Assembly: GCA_050942555.1 (NCBI GenBank)
Contig: JBMNNN010000003.1
Location: forward strand, 1 to 37,421
Direction: 5' to 3'
Origin: Christensenellales bacterium
GTDB taxonomy: Bacteria; Bacillota; Clostridia; Christensenellales; UMGS416
Length of the DNA stretch: 37,421 bases
Part shown: positions 35,323 to 37,421 of the stretch, in pieces
How the letters are laid out: every line of letters starts with the position of its first letter
How positions within the stretch are numbered: the stretch's first letter is position 1
Made by a program: the position numbers and the translations under genes
The notes under the pieces: model-generated
The model's database searches: none
The model's input: the letters and a program-made list of their open reading frames with translations, nothing else
What the model was told of the DNA's origin: nothing

Positions 35323-36507
35323 TTAGCTTTCCCCCAGTACGACCGAAAGCTCTATTTCGCGTCCCTCCCGCCATACCGTCACCGTTACCGTGTCCCCGAC
35401 CGCGTGGGCATATATGATCGAAGACATCTCGTCGGTGGTCTTCGTGCGCTTCCCGTCGATGCTGAAGATGATGTCGTTGATCTTCATACCGGCCCTGCTG
35501 GCAGGTCCGTCCTCGACGATCTCCTTGACGAGGAATCCCTGCGGTATGTTGTAGTAGTCGGCCGCCGCCGCCGATATCTCCGCGCCGCGCACGCCGATCA
35601 TGGGCCGCTTGATGCGTCCCTGCATGATGAGCTCCTCGATGATGGGCCGCGCGGAGTTGATCGGTATCGCAAATCCCAGACCCTCGACAGAGTAGCCTGA
35701 TCTTGTATACATGCTCTTGACCGAGGTGATGCCGATGAGCTCACCGCGGCTGTTGAGCAGCGCGCCGCCGCTGTTGCCCGGATTGATCGCGGCGTCGGTC
35801 TGCAGCATGACGATCGTCCGTCCGTCCACGGTCACCTGCCGGTCCTTGCCGCTTATGATGCCCGCTGTGACGGTTCCGAAGAATTCACGGCCCAGCGGGT
35901 TTCCGATCGCGATCGCCAGATCCCCCACCTCGACCGCGTCCGAGTCGCCAAACGGCATGACGGTCAGATCCTGCTGCGCATCGATCTTGAGAACCGCCAG
36001 ATCGGTATACTCGTCGGTACCCACGACCTGCGCTTCCATCTCGACGCCGCTGCTCAGCGCCACCGCAACGGCCTTCGCGCCCGCGATCACGTGGTAATTG
36101 GTCACAATATATCCTTCTTCGGATATGATGATGCCCGATCCGTAACCCTGTTCCTCCAGGGCGCCGTATATCGAGCTCGCCTTGTTGGATACGCCCACCA
36201 CCGCCGGGCCGACGGCTTTCCTGATTTCCGCTATGTTGGCTTCATGGAGCATAGCCGCCCTGCCGCCCAGCTCGGGCAGTTCCCCGGGCCGCTCCACGGG
36301 CTCCCACGTCGCGGCAGGCTCCCGGGTCGCCTCGGGAGTCGGTGTCGCCTCGATCGGGCTCACGCGCCCGCCGTCCCCCAGCGTCGCGGGGAGCACATAC
36401 TGCACGAACAGCGCGCCCACGATAAACGCGATGAGTATGATGGCCGTGATAAACCATCCCCGCCCGCCCCGGGGCGTTCTCTCATCATAGAAATCATCAT
36501 GGTTCAT
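35323..36507 (-). CDS. htrA: HtrA/DegP-family serine protease with one PDZ domain
   Basis: TM anchor, GSGIII, TNYHVI, TDLAVL, IGNPLG, QTDAAINPGNSGG, C-terminal PDZ. Confidence 0.95.
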   Translation of the reverse strand: MNHDDFYDERTPRGGRGWFITAIILIAFIVGALFVQYVLPATLGDGGRVSPIEATPTPEATREPAATWEPVERPGELPELGGRAAMLHEANIAEIRKAVGPAVVGVSNKASSIYGALEEQGYGSGIIISEEGYIVTNYHVIAGAKAVAVALSSGVEMEAQVVGTDEYTDLAVLKIDAQQDLTVMPFGDSDAVEVGDLAIAIGNPLGREFFGTVTAGIISGKDRQVTVDGRTIVMLQTDAAINPGNSGGALLNSRGELIGITSVKSMYTRSGYSVEGLGFAIPINSARPIIEELIMQGRIKRPMIGVRGAEISAAAADYYNIPQGFLVKEIVEDGPASRAGMKINDIIFSIDGKRTKTTDEMSSIIYAHAVGDTVTVTVWREGREIELSVVLGES

Positions 36508-36537
36508 AGCGATACCTCTTCTACTAAATATGGTCAT

Positions 36538-36580
36538 AGTTTAGCAGGGTATTATGTCCGAATTGTGAATATATTGCAAA
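36538..36580 (-). promoter_or_regulatory. htrA promoter with OmpR-family direct repeats
   Basis: Minus strand TTTGCAATATA-TTCACAATTCG-GACATA (11-nt period) upstream of -10-like TAAACT. Confidence 0.5.
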
Positions 36581-36587
36581 AATAATT

Positions 36588-37421
36588 TTACTTATTTGTC
36601 TGATCCGGGCTTCGCGCAAGCCCGAATATGAACGTCGTGCTTCCGGATTTGCTGTTAACGGTGATGGTCTGTCCGTGCTGCTCCAGTATGCGCCGCACGA
36701 TGGACAGCCCGAGCCCCGTTCCCCTGCGGCCCGAATGGGATTTGTCGACCTTATAGAAGCGCTCGAATACATATGGCAGGTCCTCTTCGGGTATGACGCT
36801 TCCGGAGTTTCCGACGCACACCAGCACCTTGTCCTCGGACTTAAATGTCCACAAACGGATCCGCCCGCCCTCGTCCACGAACTTAATTGCGTTATCGAGG
36901 AGATTCACGATGACCTGCTCGATCCGGTCCGCGTCGGCCAAAACATAGCTTTGCTCGGGCCTGAAATCCACCTCAAGCTCGACGCCGCGCTCCTCGATGC
37001 GGTCGACGAAGCGCGCCACCACCCTGCGTATAAGCTCGTTGACCTCGAAACGCTGTATATTGAGCGGGAACTGCCCCGAATCGATCTGGGCAAGATCCAG
37101 CAGCTCGCGGATGAGCTTGGTCAGGCGGACCGACTCGTCGCGTATGATCGTCAGGTATTTGGGAAAATCCCCGGGGGGAATCGTGCCGTCCAGCATGCCC
37201 TGCGCGAAGCCCTGCATCGACGTCATCGGCGAGCGAAGCTCGTGGGACACATTGGCCACGAACGAGGTCTGCAGCTGCTCGTGCCGCTTCAGGTTTTCGG
37301 CCATCATATTAAAGCTCCTGGCCAGCTGCCCGATCTCGTCGCGGGACTCCACCCGCACTTTCTCGCCGAAATTGCCGCGCGCGATCTCCCCGGCGATTTC
37401 GTTCATTTGCCGCAGCGGACG
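36588..37421 (-). CDS. Sensor histidine kinase (HAMP-HisKA-HATPase), 5' end outside the window
   Basis: DEIGQLARSFN, VSHELRSP, NLLDNAIKF, FERFYKVD, GTGLGL. Confidence 0.95.
   Translation of the reverse strand, partial: RPLRQMNEIAGEIARGNFGEKVRVESRDEIGQLARSFNMMAENLKRHEQLQTSFVANVSHELRSPMTSMQGFAQGMLDGTIPPGDFPKYLTIIRDESVRLTKLIRELLDLAQIDSGQFPLNIQRFEVNELIRRVVARFVDRIEERGVELEVDFRPEQSYVLADADRIEQVIVNLLDNAIKFVDEGGRIRLWTFKSEDKVLVCVGNSGSVIPEEDLPYVFERFYKVDKSHSGRRGTGLGLSIVRRILEQHGQTITVNSKSGSTTFIFGLARSPDQTNK

Overview
A chromosomal window from a high-GC, probably spore-forming Firmicute (Clostridia-like). This assignment is inferred from gene content and from sigmaA-, sigmaE- and sigmaG-type promoter motifs. 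All but one of the genes lie on the minus strand. In transcription order (right to left) the window holds: a sensor histidine kinase (partial) and htrA; the sporulation-type pair DUF421/DUF4363; an orphan solute-binding protein; murB-PHP-rapZ-yvcK; a tiny Thr/Pro-rich lipoprotein behind two sigmaG-like promoters; lgt and a membrane protein; a compact type IV filament-like locus with no ATPase (pilC/gspF, four pilin-like genes, transglutaminase-domain protein); mannose-6-P isomerase and nitroreductase; Lrp-aminotransferase-rhomboid; a plus-strand repeat lipoprotein; an RpiR-led carbohydrate catabolic operon of unknown substrate (FAD oxidoreductase, Fe-S protein with Cys-less CCG domains, class II aldolase, PfkB kinase, FGGY kinase, IolB-like isomerase); a lower-GC sialidase-like gene; araB; and an MFP/permease/two-ATPase ABC exporter. 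I saw no rRNA, tRNA, CRISPR array or transposase. The best candidates for undescribed systems are the pilin-transglutaminase locus (21827-26257) and the catabolic operon (8572-16191). All family calls come from motif recognition by eye; no database searches were run.
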